Shown here one piece after another: positions 38,815-51,470 of a stretch of 64,000 nucleotides of DNA (its first letter is position 1; the number at the start of each line of letters is the position of its first letter). The position numbers and the translations under genes are program-made. The notes under the pieces are model-generated. The model did not search any database and was not told the origin of the DNA. It was given only the letters and a program-made list of their open reading frames with translations. The DNA is from Bugula neritina. Its lineage: Eukaryota > Animalia > Bryozoa. The stretch spans positions 3,005,751 through 3,069,750 of the forward strand of contig OZ037773.1 in the NCBI GenBank assembly GCA_964035545.1. The letters are read 5' to 3'.

Positions 38815-40090
38815 TTAGTAGTAGGTAGGCATCTGTCGGTCGATTTGATCTTGGATTAAACCATATAATTGGGTTGAACAGTGGTGCCTGTGACAATGTA
38901 GATCAATGCGTAAGTGACACTTTTTATTGCAAAGTCACATTTTCATGTAAACTCTAGTCTGTTGGTAGTGGCTTAAGCCTTCTTTCATGCCTTTGTTTTA
39001 GCAGCTGCACTGAAATGTTTTCTTTCCTTAATGCGAGATGGTGTTTTAGTTTGCTCCTACAACTCGCGGGCAGATCCAAAATCTTCCCAGAATGCTGTGT
39101 CTATGGCGACAGGCTTTATATCTCTCTTGCAGACATTTTTGTAGTGTAGGTGAAGTCGCTCACGATTTCGGTTCCTGCTGGTTAGTTTGTCATAGAAGAT
39201 GTCCTTGGGAATGTGTCCTTTGTCCATCCATCGTACATGACCAAGCCAGCGCAGTCTGCATCGTCTCAGAAGGGTAAACACGTTTTGAAGACTAGCTTGA
39301 GAAAAAACCTCTGCATTGGCCACTCAGTTTTGCCATGTGGTCCCCAGGATGTGGCGAATGTTACCCTAATGGAAAGTGTTCAACCTCCTCTCTCCTACCT
39401 GGCATATATGGTAAAAAAAGTGTAGATGTGAAGATTGCAGTCTGCTGTTCAGTTGTCCCTCATTCCCTGAGCACCTTAGTGGTAGCTGTCTAGTGAGATC
39501 TGAAAAGCTTTCCCACCATCAGAAGCAACCCCGGCGCTTTTCTCTACGCCAATTGAGCTACAGATTATGACCGGTATCTTCTGCGCCTTCTGTTATGTCT
39601 ACAAAAAAAGTGAAGCTTTAGTGTCTTTTCCAGTGTGGTGTTGTGCGGGTGTATGCTTGGGCATTGACTATATGAAGGACAGGCTATTACCCATGTAACT
39701 TTTCCCCTCCACGTAGCTGGCATATCTAAAGAAACAGCAGGACTGTTACTGTTTGGCACCAGCGTCCTTGCAGAAGCTGTCGGTGAAAGGTTGTAAACAA
39801 CCACGAAATGTCTTAGGGGCTGCAACTCCGGATTTGTTATTGGCGTTTACTCTCCTAGCCATTCCGTTAGTTGGGTATTGCCATAAGGCAGCAAACGTTT
39901 GAGATCACAGTTTACATTCTCCTAGATGAGCTGTCTTTCCAGACTAATAAGCCCCATCTGCCCAAAGCACTGGTTTTAAGGCACCAGTAACTCACCTTTA
40001 TCCCTTTTGTCAGTAGAAACATGTCCATCGGGCTTATACTTATGCCACATGAACAGGCTAGAAGTTGGACTTTGTTATCAGAGGCTATTT
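38815..40090 (-). mobile_element. Degenerate, internally deleted RTE-clade LINE
   Basis: Minus-strand NAEVFSQASLQNVFTLLRRCRLRWLGHVRWMDKGHIPKDIFY (RTE C-terminal region), terminal C..CNKKCHLRIDLHCHRHHC and a short CTA tail. The stretch 39430-40090 resembles RTE 5' UTRs as recalled. Endonuclease and RT core are missing. Confidence 0.75.
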
Positions 40091-42762
40091 GTGACAGCGA
40101 GAACTTATCCTTACTGCAGCTTTTTCATTGTAACAACCCTTAAAAACTATTTAGTAAACAACAGATATAATTATTACTATCAGTATTGCTATAATAGTAT
40201 TACTATTACTATTAGTATTACTATCAATGTAATGTTACTTTTAATTTTGTTGTATAAAATGTCAGTTGTAGGTCACAGCCCATAGAACTTCTATTAATTC
40301 ATTCCATGATAATTACTTAAAAGTTATTGCTGCTAGCTCTAAGTCAGTATAAGTGTTATAATAATTGTTTTCTCAAATTGAACAAATTAGCTTATAAATG
40401 TAACCTAATAAAATTAAAATAACAATAAACCTGTAAGGTATAAAGCTTAAGCTAATGTTGAAATGGTTAATTGTAGTTTAATATAAATGTAATTATAGCT
40501 TATGTAATGTAGGCTATTTCTGTAGTTTTAATTTACTGGGTTTGAATTATTATAATATTGCATATAATTTATAGTAACATGTGTAGTTAATAACCTGTTT
40601 GTATTTGATACAAACATGTTACATAATATGTATAATTCTAGCCTTTATATAAATACTTGCTTGACTGTTGGCAAAATTTTACTGCACCGGCACAATGAAG
40701 CTATGAACTATTACAATATATATTTTAGTTGTATTTCAAATCTGATGCAATTGTGTGTGTATATTTTTATGAACATTGTTTTAATTTTAGATATTTGAAA
40801 GCTGGCACTGAAACTAGAACAGGACGTTTAACTTTGCTCTGCCTTTTATATTTAAGAATCCCTACCTCACTAACTTTCACCAATCAACTTTGCCATCATT
40901 TTTTCGCCATGGCTTATGATGAACTGTATAGGTCTTACACTTTTGATCTCATGCTGCTCCAGCTGATTTGAGTTCTTTAAAAAATGGACGTATTGTTTCT
41001 TTAGCTTGGGAACTTTTTAAAAGCTAAAGATGCTTTTAAAAAGTTGCCTGATAAGTTTGCTAGCATGTAAACTGCAGGTGATCTTCGTAAATTTCAGAAG
41101 ATCATAAGCGCTTGAATAAAAATGTTAGACGTTCACATGTATGTAATTCGTTAAAAGCATTTTGATGTAGCTCTTGTATATGCTGCACCAGAGCAGCACT
41201 TTCTCTTCACAACACCTTATCCTCTTATATTTCACAATGCTTGTAATTTTGATACAATTATTTTGATATGTTAATAACATAATTAGCAAGTGTGTTCTTG
41301 ACCGTTAATACAGCGCATTGCTTCTAATATTACTCTCTGTGAAAGTTTTCTATTTTAAATATGAATATCAAGTATTTTTAATGCTACAGGTGTAAAACTT
41401 ATCTTGAATAATCAATAAATAAAATTTACCATCCAAAAATTGCTTTATTCATTGGTTTATAGATGTATGTTATGGAGACCAAAGCAGTTAGCTCCATCAC
41501 ATATGTCATCTGAAACAGTACTGTCTTCATAATGTAAATGACTAACACCTGTGTATGTGTATATAACAGGTACATATTTGTATATATGCATGTATATGTA
41601 TACACACAAGCTTATGCATAAGTACATACATACACTGCGTTTCCATGACTGCGCATAATTCGAATGAATGCTTCGTACGGATTATTTGTGGTTTGTGGTT
41701 TGCATTAACTTATAGTTGCGGTTTCATGCGATGTAACTGTTTCCATTAGCCGAATGAAAAAATCCATTCGCATAATGCGATAATGGAAACGCAGTGATAC
41801 AATGCACATAATATATACACTGCGTGTTAAAATTGCAACAGTGAAAAACCTATCAAACCAAACAATTGCGGCCAGTGAGCATATGAAAAAGACCATTGTA
41901 TTAGTTATAAATTAGCCAAACATGTGGTATAAAATAAATTTACTGACAGCATAGTCATGGTGCTGACTACACACTATTTTAATTCATGCGTGTCATCCCA
42001 CTTGGACGCTTCCCACTTAGACGATATTTATAGATTTTAGTGTAATATATGTATTTTATGTTATTATTTAGCACATAATAGAAAGCAAAAAAGCCACCAG
42101 CAGTAACGATGCTTCTATAAAAAGCCATCTTTCGCAAACCTTAAACTTAAAGGTAAAAGATAGACAAAATATAATAAGAAAAAGTTGTAATATACAAGCA
42201 GTATGTGATATACCACAAAATGCATTTGTGTATTTTATTTTGATAATTCTGAATAAAATAAACTGTAGCTAAATTTGTATTGAGTTAAAGCAAATAGCTG
42301 GCTTTGTAGCTTATTTCATGTTTAGCAGTAAATGCAACAGTTATATTTGTATATTACTATATATTGTACCAAAATAAAAAAAATCGTCAAAGTGGGACAA
42401 AACCAATTGATGATGCTGCAGTAAAAATAAATGATAGCAATAAAATTATCAAAGTTTTATAGGGCATTGGTACATGACTCATTATTTAGCAGCTTTCTTG
42501 CAGTAATGTTTGCTAACAGCTGGCAGCTTCCAGAGAATTGACTTCCTTATAGTAATTTTTTTCCGTTTACTGCTGTTTCTTGAGTAAAGTATTGAACAAT
42601 TAGATTTCCTCTGTAGAAAATAGCAATTTCATACTATTTGAATTGGAAGGCTTTATTTTGAAGCTTTATAGTTTCATGTACACATTTGACCAGTGGAAGT
42701 TATGTTAACATTGCGTATAGCATATCTTTCAAGAAAGAGAATATTCCAAATCCACCGGCGTA

Positions 42763-43713
42763 GGGGAAACCTGGGTGATATGGGCCACTTAAGCCCACAG
42801 CCCAGACTGACTATGGTTGATTGAAAATTAGTATTTCAGCATGTGGGTGCTATCTCTACTGACATACAAACAGAATTTGAAGCTCCTATACAGATGCTTG
42901 ACTGAGCTATAACTGAAAATTGGTGGACCATATCACCCGGAGTTTTTTTGAAATTTCGGGTGATATGGGCCACCACAGATTCTGTCACATAAAGTCGGCT
43001 TTTTTGTTTCAAAGATGTATTTTGCTATATTAAAAAGTAACATAAAACAATGGATTTAAAATAAGTGTGTAACAGCTTATTTTAGTGCCTCCTAACTCCA
43101 AGCATTTCAAATATTTGTGAAAGAATATCTTGGCATCTAAAATACATTGCATGAGTATGAATATCTCAAGCACACATTCTACAGCAACCGGCTATAATGT
43201 TGTCTAATCAATATTGAGGGGTTTAATGCTTCATCATTTTTGAAATACTTGAGGAATAGCATTCTTTTTCTCCAAACAAGTATATGAACCGAAAAATTCA
43301 ATTTGCTGAGTGATATGGACCCCAAGTGGCGGTCCATATATCACCCAAAAATCATGTCACCAAAAATTTTGAATTCCTACAGACAGAGAGTGGACAAGTA
43401 TTATATATACTATTTGGGTATTTATACATACTTTTCACACATTATCTGTAGATACAGGCCGCTTACTTCAGGTAATTTTTTTCAATGAAAATATATCCAC
43501 AAAAGTTGTGAAAAGTTATAAGAAAATGGGCAAAAAGAGAAAATATGTCTTTATTTTCTAAGACAAAGAGACAAGTTTAAAATATGTAGACAGGAAGTTA
43601 GATATTTCTATTTCTAAACAACAAGACACTTTCCAACTTTCTGGTAACCTTGGATACTGCAAAACATGCATGGTCCATATCACCCGGGTGGTTCATATCA
43701 CCCAGGTTTCCCC
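42763..43713. mobile_element. Non-autonomous Tc1/mariner-pogo-like MITE
   Basis: TIR GGGGAAACCTGGGTGATATG / CATATCACCCAGGTTTCCCC with TA on both sides; internal CATATCACCC motif copies in both orientations. Confidence 0.85.
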
Positions 43714-44582
43714 TACCAAACAATCCAAGGCAATATAGCATATAGACTTCCAGCAATGTGCACTACATTTCCAATCTCTACAGCTGGGGGTTTTTTCTCA
43801 GCTTTACTTGATATCAGCACAACTATATTATATATTAGGATGATGTGGACAAGACTACTCTTACGTCATATTATCATGCCGGTGTGTCAGAGAAAGTGAT
43901 CAATTCAGCTTCCAGTCTAAAAAAGTTCATATTTGCAATGATTGGATTATTTTCAAAATATCTCTTTAGTTAACTGGGAAAAGTATGAGCAGGGCAATAT
44001 TATTGTGAAAATGAATGTAGCTTAAGTTAATGCAGGTTGACGTGATTTAACTAAATTAATCCTATGGAAGAGATTCACCATGCCCAAGCTATACCTACTG
44101 AGACATCACCCTTCCTCCAAGCACCAATCTGACTGTACGTAAAAGTACCATTCACATCCTGACAGATTAAAGGAGTTGCATTCTTCCTGCGTCAGGTTAC
44201 ATAGCGTTTCCCCCACTTGAAACCACAGGCAATGCCACGCTTTTACCAGGTAGATTACTCATTCATCCCACCTGCACAGCATAAGGCATGGATAATTATA
44301 ACTCAACTGAGCAAATAACTTCTAAATAACCAGTACTTGGTTTATTAGCACTTCTCTTAGAGATAAGATTTTTCGTAAACTGCCAGCTAGCAAACAATTC
44401 TATGAATATATAATAATGATATATTTGAAACGCCTTATATAATAATAATAATAAGTTTCACAAGCCTTGTTGTTAACTTCATTGTTGCTATAATGTTCTG
44501 TGTTACATTGTTGGTTATATATAGTTTGTTGTTTAGCAGAATTAATATGAAGAAATCATACATACATATAGCTTATGTATAT

Positions 44583-44586
<4 letters not shown>

Positions 44587-44640
<54 letters not shown>
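44587..44640. repeat. (TA)n microsatellite
   Basis: Read directly. Confidence 0.97.
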
Positions 44641-44644
<4 letters not shown>

Positions 44645-45072
44645 GATATGTACTACATATAATATAAATATACTGAAATTATTATTTTGTCAGTTGATTA
44701 ATAAATATATGTTTCAAATATATTTTCTTTTGAAGGTACATGATTAAACGTTCCAATTTGCTTTGTGTTTCACTGTAGTTGAACTGTTCACGCTGTGTAA
44801 TTAAATTTCAAGATTAAAATCAATAAAAAATAAAGTTAGCAACATGAGGTTTCATAAATGTAATGGAAATGTTCAATTGAAAGTTTTACATTTAAAAGTT
44901 TTGATTAAAAGTATACTTTTTGATGTTGCAGAGAATGAAGGACTGAGTGAAGCATCTTTCTTGTTCCATTCTAACCAGTAGCTATCATCTCAGTATAAAA
45001 CATTCAACTTGTAAGCAGCTAAAGACAGTTAGAAGAGAGAGTAGAAGTCTTGCACACATGGAGTTTGTCACT

Positions 45073-48000
45073 ATGAATATTCCAGCTTCATGCATCCTAT
45101 TGGTAATCCTGTGTGAGTATAATATTGATATTTGCTTATATATATAGATGTGTGTGTGCTTGAAGGGTAAAGTTGATATAGAATTCTGATGACGCTATAA
45201 AATTTATTCTTTATACAATATGGCAGAAACAGACAGAATCAGTAAATTTTGGTAGAAATAGAGAATATAATAATTATATCCATCACCATATTGTAAGTAT
45301 TATTATAAGTATAATATATTTAACAGTCAAGGTTCCTTACTCCAACTTGACTGTGTGTTGCACCTGTTATTGATTTAGCTAAGAAAACTATTACAGCGTG
45401 ACAGCTTTTGTAACTCTTGAAGGTGCGCCCCTATTAGAAGCCGTTTCTGTAACAATTCCCCGTTCACGAGGTCCTGTAGATGAGATTGATGTACGCGTGT
45501 TTGGTGAACATACAACCTCCATGATACCAACGTTTGAAAACCATATTGAGAATGAATTTTATTTAATTCCCACTGAAATTTGCTTTGGCTTCTCTTGTGC
45601 TATACAATTTTGTGTTACTTCACCTGTTCGTGTATATTGTACCAAACTCTGCAATCTGGGTAAGTAATAATCCATTTTGATTTGTTGACTGTTTTTCTGC
45701 TAAATAAATAAATTTATTATTATATATTTTTGTTACATATATTTCAATACATTTATTTAGAGCAATATTATACTTAGAATATTATAGTATTATACTCTAG
45801 AGTCTACTATATATAATGCATCAAATTATGGAGTTTTGTCATAGCTACATGGCTGTGCAAGCAGTAAAGGTAAAACTTGCTATAGAACAAAATCTTTGTC
45901 TTACTGCAGTTGTACATGGTGAGTTCTTGGATGCAATTGCTATGGACTCTTTGATAATTATTCTGACCAGACAGAACTCGATTCTTGTCTTAGAGAAACC
46001 AACAGGACTGGTAGATTCTGACAAGCTCTGTACATTTGAACCGTCAAGTTTTTCATTTTTTTCAACAGATAAAAAGTATATTGAAAATGTAAAGGTAAGG
46101 AGGTCATGCAACTATACTAGTTCTATCAAACACTAGAGCTTTCACTGAAATAAGGGAACACATGTGTTATCTCAAAGTTGAAGGCATTAGCATGAGAATA
46201 ATTATATATTAGGAGAAACTATCAGTTGTGCCATAAGCTACATGTCAACATCCAGGTATCCCAACTTATATTATATAGAAGAATATCAATGAATATTATA
46301 TGCATTATGAACCTAACATGTGTACCCATACTTAATAGAAGTGGCAGAGGTTTTTCATACTAAATGAAACAAGAACAGATATTCTAGTTAATTTAAATAA
46401 ATGTAATAGTTACTGAAACTTAACCTAGATATAAATTATTATGCAGCAGACTACAGTTGCCTGTACCTCATTTCAAGATGAACATACTAAAAGTACCTCT
46501 AGTCTAGGTTGTCATACTTATTGTTTCAGATCTTCCCCTACAGCTCAGTAGAGTTCTTTGCAAGTTGGACAGATTCTAAGAAAGACAAGGTAGTAATAGC
46601 TCTGTTGAACACTGAAACCAGTTCTCACACTTACCTGTCTCACAGCTACAACAATGGACCTCTCTCAGCTCTAACTCTGTCAAACTGTGACCAGTACAAT
46701 CTTGTTACCGCAGAGTTTATTTGGAGAACCGAAGAGATTTGTGTTCAGTTCAGCAAACTCAACACGAAACATGATTTTGTTAGTGTTAAGAGATTCTGCT
46801 TACCTGTCCCAGAAAGTGGTGAGAAGTTTAATATATTGCAAATTTCAACTAATTGTTAGCTATACCGTTGTATACACCTGTCAGATCGCAGGGAAGGGAA
46901 ATGATATAGTAGCTAGACATATTATTCTTTCCCTCCTGATTTGTCTAGTGAAAAATGTTTTTATGATTTTGGAATTCCATAGAGCTTCTTCAAATCTAAG
47001 CTACAAGTCTGAGTTCAAAGTTGGGTCAATAGCAAATGCGCAGACATGTTAGGTAAATGTTGGTAAACTCAAGAGACTATTGGTCAAAACTGGGACTAAA
47101 ATTTGTCTACTGCTCAGTCTAAAATAGCCTAGAGACCCATCTATACTAGCTGCCATGAATCCTCATATATATATTAACATTCAAAGTAATATCTGCACTG
47201 CAAGTCACAGGAGTTATGTCATCCTGATACAACTTGGATATGTTGTAGATGTTGAGGGAATCCTCGATCTGTTTGTGAGCTGTAACTACATACTCTATCT
47301 TATTGTGACCAATACAAGGCTAAGCAATGTCCTTTACAAATGGGAGTGGCCAACCATAACAGACTTCACTGAAGAGCTCAAAGTAACCAATGCCAACCCT
47401 CCACTGGTAGGAAGTAAGAGTAAACTACTCTTCTACAATAACAAAGGAAACATCCTGTTAGTGGATTTGGGTAAGTGGGTTTATATTTCCACTCAATATA
47501 CATAAGGTTCTCAATATATTATATTATATTCTATATGCATGGTTGTTGTTGTGTTGCATGTAAGCTGTAATTAATCTCTTCATAGCCCACATTTCTAGAT
47601 TATAATGAATGTAGATTGTCTCCCTTGCAGAAAAGACTTCAAAAGGTCAAGACCCAGACACTTCTGCTGACAACAGCCCAACATTTTCAATTTCTGACTT
47701 CCCTGCTGTTCTCCAGACATTTCCTAGTATAGCTGACACTGCAACCAGTCCGGCAGCGTATCCCGACAGCTTGGCAGCATCAGAGGCAGCACCAGAGGCT
47801 GTACCACAGGCAGTGCCACAGGCATCATCAGAGCTAACACAACCAGGCACATGCTCTAAACGTGCTGGGAACTTTCCCAATGCAGTAAACCAAATGCAGA
47901 TGAAGAGGTATAGGTTCAAAATCTCCTCATTCTGTAGACATAGATACCATCGGTATAGAGAAGCTGCCAGACTTCAGCTGGCTCCAGGAGAATCTACCCG

Positions 48001-48175
48001 TGAATGTGCTGTAGAGTGTGCTTTTGCTCACCAACAAACCCAGTGTGTAGGATTTGTCTTCAATTTGGCTCAAGGCAGCTGTAGCTTGCTTACATGGGCT
48101 GAATCTAAAAATTCCTTTTCATATCATGATTATCGTGATGAAAATTATGTTTGTTATGAAAGGATTGACAACTAA
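45073..48175 (+). CDS. Secreted protein with a Ser/Thr/Pro/Ala-rich linker and a C-terminal PAN/apple-like domain
   Basis: Phase-consistent exons 45073-45112, 45405-45659, 45910-46094, 46530-46819, 47249-47470, 47631-48175. Signal peptide MNIPASCILLVILSFVTLEG; PAN-like STRECAVECAF...CVGFVFNLAQGSCSLL. Confidence 0.7.
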
Positions 48176-48249
48176 GTTCTGTTTTGGTTAAAACTCACAA
48201 CTTGAATGTAGCATTTATCTATGTGTGCGTGCGTGCGTGTGTGCTCTCG

Positions 48250-49060
48250 TAACGAACTCGTGCCGTGTGCTTGTGGTTAGGTTCTATTCCCATTTCTGTT
48301 GTTGAGGGATGCTTCATTAGCTTCGTTAAGTATATATATAGCCCTTTTCTCACAAGCGTAGATTGCGTCTTTTACATGTTTTGTTAAAGGAAGTGTTGTA
48401 TACATTTCCATGTTGTATCATATTCTATTTTTTATCTTTGTTGCTAGATGGGTTTACAGTGCTGGTTGTAAATTATATTTCTGATGTTGATACATCTATT
48501 TGTTGTACCAGTTATATTTTATTAAACCTGCTGCTTGATGTATCATGCATTTACTAAGACACTTTCCATTTAGTGGACACTATTGGCTACATTTACTAGC
48601 TGGTCTGTTTGCTGCGTTTGGGGCTCTCTGATCATGGTTCCTAATGATACAGTTAATTGGTTTTTACAGCATCTGTGGCCCAGTTTGATATTCTTTCTGT
48701 TTGGGTAGCTTAAGTACAGTTTCAGCCCTCAAACATTTATTGTTCTCATATTAATAAAATTGCTTCTTCAAGATATTCGATAGTTTTACGAAAATGGTGA
48801 GTTACACCATCATATATTTCCTCTTGTTCTTATAGGTTTGAGTGGGTTGAGTATAAACTTTGATTTAGACTTTAGCTTGTATGCATATATCCACTTTTGC
48901 CTGGTACTTTTTGGTGTTGCTTGATGGTCTGTTGGAAATTGTTTCCAAATCACTGATTGATTTTGAGTAGAAAAGTACGCCAATCAAAGTGCAACATTTT
49001 GCACCTTCATCTCTGCCCATGGTGATGTCATATAGAGAGTTGCTCTCCTTACTCATAGAA
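48250..49060 (-). mobile_element. Highly degenerate Penelope-like element fragment
   Basis: Minus-strand NSLYDITMGRDEGAKCCTLIG resembles the Penelope RT motif FDVTMGSYDGAE.CELVG; CPLNGKCLSKCMIHQA resembles the lead-in to the GIY-YIG domain; a CKRRNL..EK...SLNNR-like end follows. Many stops and deletions. Confidence 0.6.
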
Positions 49061-50701
49061 AATTACAGTAAGCTCAATTTATGTTACAGTTGTGTCTTCT
49101 GAAGTCATAAGTCAACTGCAATATTCAGCAAGTTTTTGGTTAAACAGAAATGAAATCAACAATGAATATATAACAAATAATCAATGTGCCTGCTACCTTG
49201 ATTGGTGGACTATTAATGTTTACTGCAGATGTGTTGATCCAAATAATTAGAGTTGGTATAACTAGCTTGTAGATTTGGTCTGTGTACTCAGCTTTCATAG
49301 GCCATTATATCACCATGACTATTGTCAAAACATTTTACAGTGACTTAGTAAATAATACTATTCGAGTATATATATATCATAATTTTCATTTAGCAAACTT
49401 ATAGTATTTCAAATATTGTATACAATGATAGAGTACACTATCACACGTAACACAAAGTATAGAATGTAAGACATGATTTATTGATTATGTTCTCCAGTAT
49501 GGAAAATAGAATGTAATAATAGTATTACATTCATTTAGCATTGCATAATGTTATCGCTGCTTATAATAATTAGGTAATGTTGTAAACTTTTATTTATTTG
49601 TTGAGACGCATATAAACAGTCTCTTCTGCCGTTTCATCAGGAAAAGTTATTACTTTTCTTTTCATTTAGGCATCGTCAGTTTGAAAACATAAAATTTATT
49701 GGTAAAACAAAAGCTATAATTAATGAGAATGGGAAATATTACGTATAAATGAGTTAGTCAGTGTATTAATTTGCATGTTCAAAGTTGTACTGTAATATTT
49801 TAATGTTATACTAGTTATAAAAGGTATAAAAGTCATATTAAAGCTGCAATTTAAATGAAACTAAGAAAAGGTAGTATAAATCAGTTACTCAGTGTTTTAA
49901 TTAGAATAATATATTGAAGTTGGAATTTGACTCAAATTGTTTTATGTCCAATAGTTATATTTTGTTTTATTATTTGACATACTGGACTTGTGTTTACAAG
50001 AATAGTGTCGTTTGTTTTAGATGCTAACAAATACTATATAACTCATTGTTTTGTGTTTTTTGTTGTACTGCTGGTTATATAATTTGTAAGAATATTTATT
50101 TTTGTTGTTGTTATATGTGTAAGATCTTGTTTATATAAAAATGACACGGGCCAATGAGGACGATGTCACAGTTTGTAACTGGATTTATTTGAAATAGTTC
50201 AGCAATAAAAACCAATGGGAAAGTAATAACAATATTGGCTTTTTTTTCTTAACCCTAAATATATGAAATAATTGGATACATTCTGCAAATGATTATGAAA
50301 TAAAAAAATTTAATAAAGAGCAATTTCATTCTTTATCTGAGCATATATACATGTGGTATAATAATGAAATAAGGTACAGTTATTATAATAAAATATATAA
50401 ATAACTGTTTCTCATAACAAAACAAAACGGTATTGGATTATAGTCTGTTACCAATATGATACTGAACCCGGTTTTCCTAGCAGAAGAAAAATCTAGAGAG
50501 TTATCTTCTCTCGATGAGCTGACAACTCCTAGTATAGCAAGTTATTATTCCTGCAAGCTAAATTATGAAGATAATATGAAGGTGTAAAATATGTTGCAGT
50601 TTGTAGAGTACCTTACAGGTTTTCAGTAGTTAACAAACTCCATCTGTGCTTAAGACTGTATCACTCATACGCTCATGAAAATACGAAACCATTTCATATA
50701 T

Positions 50702-50789
<88 letters not shown>

Positions 50790-50790
50790 C
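50702..50790. repeat. (TA)n microsatellite
   Basis: Read directly. Confidence 0.97.
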
Positions 50791-51470
50791 ATGAAATCTT
50801 TACAATGTGACACAGCATATAATTATGATACACTGTATATAGACTTTTACTGTTGGTATTATAGTAGAGATTAACTGAAACTGAATGTGAGGATCTAATC
50901 ACAACACTGTCAAAAAATGTATAAACGTAAAACATAGAGTATAACATTCTTGAATTTGTCACAACAAAAGCCATTAAAATATTATGCATTGTATATCACA
51001 GTAAACTTTTGATTAGTAGTATAAGTGTTATTGCTAGAAATTTTCATCATGGTGAGCTCATTTGATTTGCTTCCTTTAAAAACATTCAGAGTTATGTTAG
51101 TGATGACGCTTTAAGGTGACAAGAAAAAAGTGTAAGTATATTAAGCACTAACAAATAATATAGTAGAGTCATATGACACTTTTTATAGACAAGCCTAGAG
51201 CACTTTATTGCCAAGTTGTTTAAAATAAATATAGGCAACAGCATTAAAAATATTTCTCTATACATCCATATACAACTATTTTTTCAAACATTTAATAACC
51301 TTTGTAAACAATCAGTTATTTAATGTTGATCGAGTTTATGAATAAAAATATTATGGATAATTATAAAGTAGTGTGGAAGCCAGGTTAAGTACACAGGAGG
51401 AATTTTATGTGACACTATTAATGCAGATTCTTTACAGATCTGATATATCTCCAATATATATTGTATAATC

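Noticed and set aside
41990-42405. Possible MITE bounded by TCCCACTTAGACGAT / ATCGTCAAAGTGGGA
   Set aside because: The inverted match is short and degenerate and no TSD could be fixed, so it is too weak to list.
44090-44300. GC-richer exon-like patch; also an exon-like block at about 50480-50587
   Set aside because: Could not be linked to other exons in a consistent frame, and no recognisable product.
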